Of a stretch of DNA of 64,000 nucleotides, positions 60,946 through 64,000 are shown piece after piece; position 1 is the stretch's first letter, and every line of letters starts with the position of its first letter. The stretch comes from Gammaproteobacteria bacterium (GTDB lineage: Bacteria > Pseudomonadota > Gammaproteobacteria > Eutrophobiales > Eutrophobiaceae), in assembly GCA_965222155.1 (NCBI GenBank), contig CBDCTH010000012.1:3360001-3424000 (forward strand), in the 5' to 3' direction. A model generated the notes under the pieces. The model saw only the letters and a program-made list of their open reading frames with translations, was not told where the DNA came from and ran no database searches. Both the position numbers and the translations under genes were made by a program.

Positions 60946-62235
60946 ATGAGCAAGTTCAATGAGATCGCGCTGGACCTGATGAAACGCACCGCAGCTTATG
61001 TCCCGGATTTTGATTTTGAGGGAGCAGTACCTGCGACGGCTGCAAAACCCTGGGGGAATTGGCTCAAGGCGGAACTGGGATTTCGTAATCACTGGTATCC
61101 GACAGAGGCCAGCCGCAACATCAGGGACGGTGAACATAAGGCGATCAAATTACTTGGGGAAGGCATCCTGTACCTGCGCCGGGCCGGACGCCTGTATGCG
61201 ATTGAAGACCGTTGCAGTCATCGCGGCACGCGTTTCTCCCAGCGACCTGTCTGTTATACGGACGATACCATCACCTGCTGGCATCATGCTTTTACCTTTA
61301 ACCTGGATGATGGCCGCATACGCTGTCTGTTGAACGATCCGGAATCGTCACTGGCCGGTCGCAAAGGGATAAAAAGTTACCCGGTGAGGGAGGAAAAAGG
61401 CGTGATCTTCACGTTTGTCGGCGATATGAATCCGCCACCGCCTTTAGAGCATGATGTACCCCCCGGTTTTTTTGATGAAGACGTGGCGATATGTGTGGCA
61501 GATCCGTACCTGGTGCAGGCAAACTGGCGCCTGGGTTCGGAAGGCGGTTATGACCCGGGTCATCATTACATCCACAACTGGTCGAAATTTTCCATCAATT
61601 CGCGTATACCCATGACCTTCGGCTGGGTATCGAAGAAGGAGGCCGTCCTGGAGACCAGCATTTATGAACTGATTAAGAACGGTCCGAAAGGGTTTACCCG
61701 GCTGGCGGCAGAAACCAATATGTCCATGACCGCAACAATACCCGGACGAAATGGCGAAGGTGATACGGACGTGATCCTGCCTATTGCCAAAGGCCAGTCA
61801 CCAAGAGAAATAGAGATACTGGGTCAGCATGCGTTTACCACTGAGGTCGGCGAGTGGTTGCCCTGTGGATTAAAGGTCGATCCGTGGCCGTTCCCGGGGG
61901 TGGTTCACAATGAATATTACGTCCCGCAGGACGCCAATTCCCATTATTATTTCCAGTGTGGCTGGAAACGAGTGGAAAATGAAGAAGAGGCGAAAGAATG
62001 GGTCGAAGGCGACCTGGGACAAGTGCGCTGGAAGGTCCCCGTAGTCGATGATTTTACCATTCAGGACGCCGAAGCCCGGGAACACATACATGAATTCTAT
62101 GCCAGTGAAGACGGCTGGAACCAGGAACAAACGGCCCGGTTTGATATTGAACTCCTGATGTGGCGCGTATTTGCCGGTGAGCATTGCCGCGGCATCCAGG
62201 AGGAAAGGCATACCAAGGGCCACTTCAAGAGATAA
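60946..62235 (+). CDS. CarAa/OxoO-like Rieske oxygenase
   Basis: AELGFRNHWYP, DRCSHRG...TCWHHAF, NWRL..EGGYDPGHHYIH and D..ARE motifs. Confidence 0.85.
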   Translation: MSKFNEIALDLMKRTAAYVPDFDFEGAVPATAAKPWGNWLKAELGFRNHWYPTEASRNIRDGEHKAIKLLGEGILYLRRAGRLYAIEDRCSHRGTRFSQRPVCYTDDTITCWHHAFTFNLDDGRIRCLLNDPESSLAGRKGIKSYPVREEKGVIFTFVGDMNPPPPLEHDVPPGFFDEDVAICVADPYLVQANWRLGSEGGYDPGHHYIHNWSKFSINSRIPMTFGWVSKKEAVLETSIYELIKNGPKGFTRLAAETNMSMTATIPGRNGEGDTDVILPIAKGQSPREIEILGQHAFTTEVGEWLPCGLKVDPWPFPGVVHNEYYVPQDANSHYYFQCGWKRVENEEEAKEWVEGDLGQVRWKVPVVDDFTIQDAEAREHIHEFYASEDGWNQEQTARFDIELLMWRVFAGEHCRGIQEERHTKGHFKR

Positions 62236-62244
62236 TAATCAGTG

Positions 62245-62877
62245 ATGAGCACGGTATTGCATATTGATTGCAGTGCTCGTACTGTCAATTCGGTCAGCCG
62301 CAGGTTATCTCAGGCAGTGGTTGATCAGCTCGTCAAGGTGGAGCCTTCAACTCAACTGATCCGGCGCGACCTGGGCGCTGCAGCGCCGGCGCCCGTTAAC
62401 CAGGTGGAAGCGGAAGCCTTTTTTACCCCACCCCCGGATAGAACCGGAGAACAGGTCAAAGCATTGGTTGATTCCGATACACTGACGGGTGAATTACTGC
62501 AGGCGGATACCGTGGTTCTGGGCACACCCATGTATAACTTCAATGTGCCGGCCAGTCTGAAATCCTGGATCGACTATGTGGTCAGGCCTGGAAAGACCTT
62601 TCGCCGAGTTGCCAATGGCAATCTCGAAGGTCTGTGCGGAGATAAAAAGGTCTATGTCTGCACGGCAAGCAGCGGTAAATCCAAAGGCACGGAAACGGAT
62701 CACCTGCGTCCCTACCTGGATGTGATTTTTGCCTTTATCGGGGTCACGGGAGTTGTTTATTTCGATGCGGAAGGCCTGGCCTGGGGAGAGCAGGAACGGG
62801 AAAGGTCAATCAACACGGCCGTTGAGAACATACAACACCATTTTGCAAAATACCGGCATTTTGTAGAAAATAGGTAA
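62245..62877 (+). CDS. azoR: FMN-dependent NADH-azoreductase
   Basis: LHIDCSAR...SVSR.L and PMYNF.VPA.LKSWID...PGKTF motifs. Confidence 0.9.
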   Translation: MSTVLHIDCSARTVNSVSRRLSQAVVDQLVKVEPSTQLIRRDLGAAAPAPVNQVEAEAFFTPPPDRTGEQVKALVDSDTLTGELLQADTVVLGTPMYNFNVPASLKSWIDYVVRPGKTFRRVANGNLEGLCGDKKVYVCTASSGKSKGTETDHLRPYLDVIFAFIGVTGVVYFDAEGLAWGEQERERSINTAVENIQHHFAKYRHFVENR

Positions 62878-62879
62878 AA

Positions 62880-63066
62880 CCGTTATTCCAGCTTCCACGA
62901 TGACGTCATTCCGGGCCTGACCCGGTATAACAAAGCCGGGCGTCGTCATTCCGGGCTTGACCCGGAATCCAGTAGGATAAAGAGCCGCCCCCGGCTTACG
63001 ACATGCCGGGGCAGGCTCCGGCGGAACATTGTTTAACAGGATTCCAGCCTGTGCTGGAATGACGGA
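62880..63066. repeat. REP-like cluster (GTCATTCCGGGCTTGACCCGGAATCC family)
   Basis: Several direct and inverted units between azoR and the dioxygenase. Confidence 0.7.
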
Positions 63067-63141
63067 TGGTTTAACCGGCAAAACAATATTGTCGGACTGA
63101 AATGCAGGTTTACAACATTCTCTGACAGGAGGAGAGACGGC

Positions 63142-64000
63142 ATGTCGAAAATCAAAGGTCTTGGTTATATCGGCTGTGAAGTCACCGACTTTGATGCCTG
63201 GGACAGTTTGCTGGATACCGTGTATGGGCTGGAGCGGCGCGGGAACAGTGGTAAATCAGTCCGGCAATACCGGATGGATGATAATCACCACAGACTGGCG
63301 CTGCACAAATCGAATAATAATAAATTGAAATACATCGGCTGGGAGGTGGAATTTCAGGGAGACCTGGATAACCTGGCTGCTGAACTGAGTGATAAGGGAA
63401 TAGAGGTACAAGCCGGCAGCGCGGCATTGCGCGAGCAGCGTTCCGTGTTGGATTTGTTTGTCATTAGCGGCCCGGACGATATTCGCCTGGAGATCTTCTT
63501 CGGCCCGGTGCAGGACTTTAGACCGTTTACGCCCAGGCGAGACATGGAAGGTTACAACACCGGTGACCTGGGCATGGGACATATTGTCTTAGCCACGGCC
63601 GACAGGTTGGCTTCGGTTAAGTGGTATGAAGATAACCTCGGCTTTCGCCTGAGCGATCATATTTTCTGGGATGATATCCAGGCGACGTTCCTGCATTGTA
63701 ACCCGCGCCACCATAGCCTGGCATTCATGAACCCCGTCGGCGACATGAAACCCGGCGACCTGGGTCATTTCATGTTTGAAAGTCTGTCGCTCAATGATGT
63801 GGGCCGCGCCTATGATATCGTCAATGAAAACAAGGTCCCGTTAGCCTTGACGCTGGGACGGCATACCAATGACCATATGATGTCGTTTTATATATATTCA
63901 CCCTCCGGCTGGTGGGTCGAGTACGGCCACGGTGCGCGTTTGATAGACGATGCGGACTGGGAACCGAAATTGTACAATTCCCCGAAGATCTGGGGGCACG
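63142..64000 (+). CDS. Type I extradiol (BphC/HsaC-like) ring-cleavage dioxygenase, partial
   Basis: Absent from the ORF track because it has no stop in the window; MSKIKGLGYIG, GMGHIVL, FLHCNPRHHS, LGRHTND.M.SFY..SPSG..VEYG; AGGAGG RBS. Confidence 0.92.
   Translation, partial: MSKIKGLGYIGCEVTDFDAWDSLLDTVYGLERRGNSGKSVRQYRMDDNHHRLALHKSNNNKLKYIGWEVEFQGDLDNLAAELSDKGIEVQAGSAALREQRSVLDLFVISGPDDIRLEIFFGPVQDFRPFTPRRDMEGYNTGDLGMGHIVLATADRLASVKWYEDNLGFRLSDHIFWDDIQATFLHCNPRHHSLAFMNPVGDMKPGDLGHFMFESLSLNDVGRAYDIVNENKVPLALTLGRHTNDHMMSFYIYSPSGWWVEYGHGARLIDDADWEPKLYNSPKIWGH

Overview
Bacterial chromosomal window, probably from a gammaproteobacterium. The GC-rich FN3/cadherin-type autotransporter, the DUF1640 gene, many toxin-antitoxin modules and many deletion scars suggest a host- or sponge-associated lifestyle (inference). 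1-4.3 kb: the distal half of a type I-G CRISPR-Cas locus (cas3 3' end, cas8g2-like, cas4/cas1 fusion, cas2) with a 3-repeat array cut off by an IS1380-type mini-element. 4.4-20.4 kb: an IclR/amidohydrolase/CoA-ligase cluster, an inactivated IS5, a patchwork of gene fragments that includes the scar of a deleted type II-B Cas9 locus, and a repeat-rich autotransporter fused in frame to an IS1595 remnant. 20.5-64 kb: mostly aromatic/N-heterocycle catabolism (Mo-hydroxylase, amidases, three Rieske oxygenases, ferredoxin, extradiol dioxygenase), interrupted by AT-rich accessory islets. These are a broken R-M system, a SLATT/holin-like islet and, the best novel-system candidate, an apparently autoregulated four-gene island at 45.3-48.7 kb (DUF6932-like nucleotidyltransferase, XRE-ImmA/IrrE peptidase, Beta protein, convergent sce7726-type nuclease) that resembles a re-armed P4 gop-beta-cII defence system. 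Several families of small palindromic elements nest inside one another and inside the IS5. All family assignments come from recognising motifs by eye; no database searches were run. No rRNA or tRNA genes were seen.
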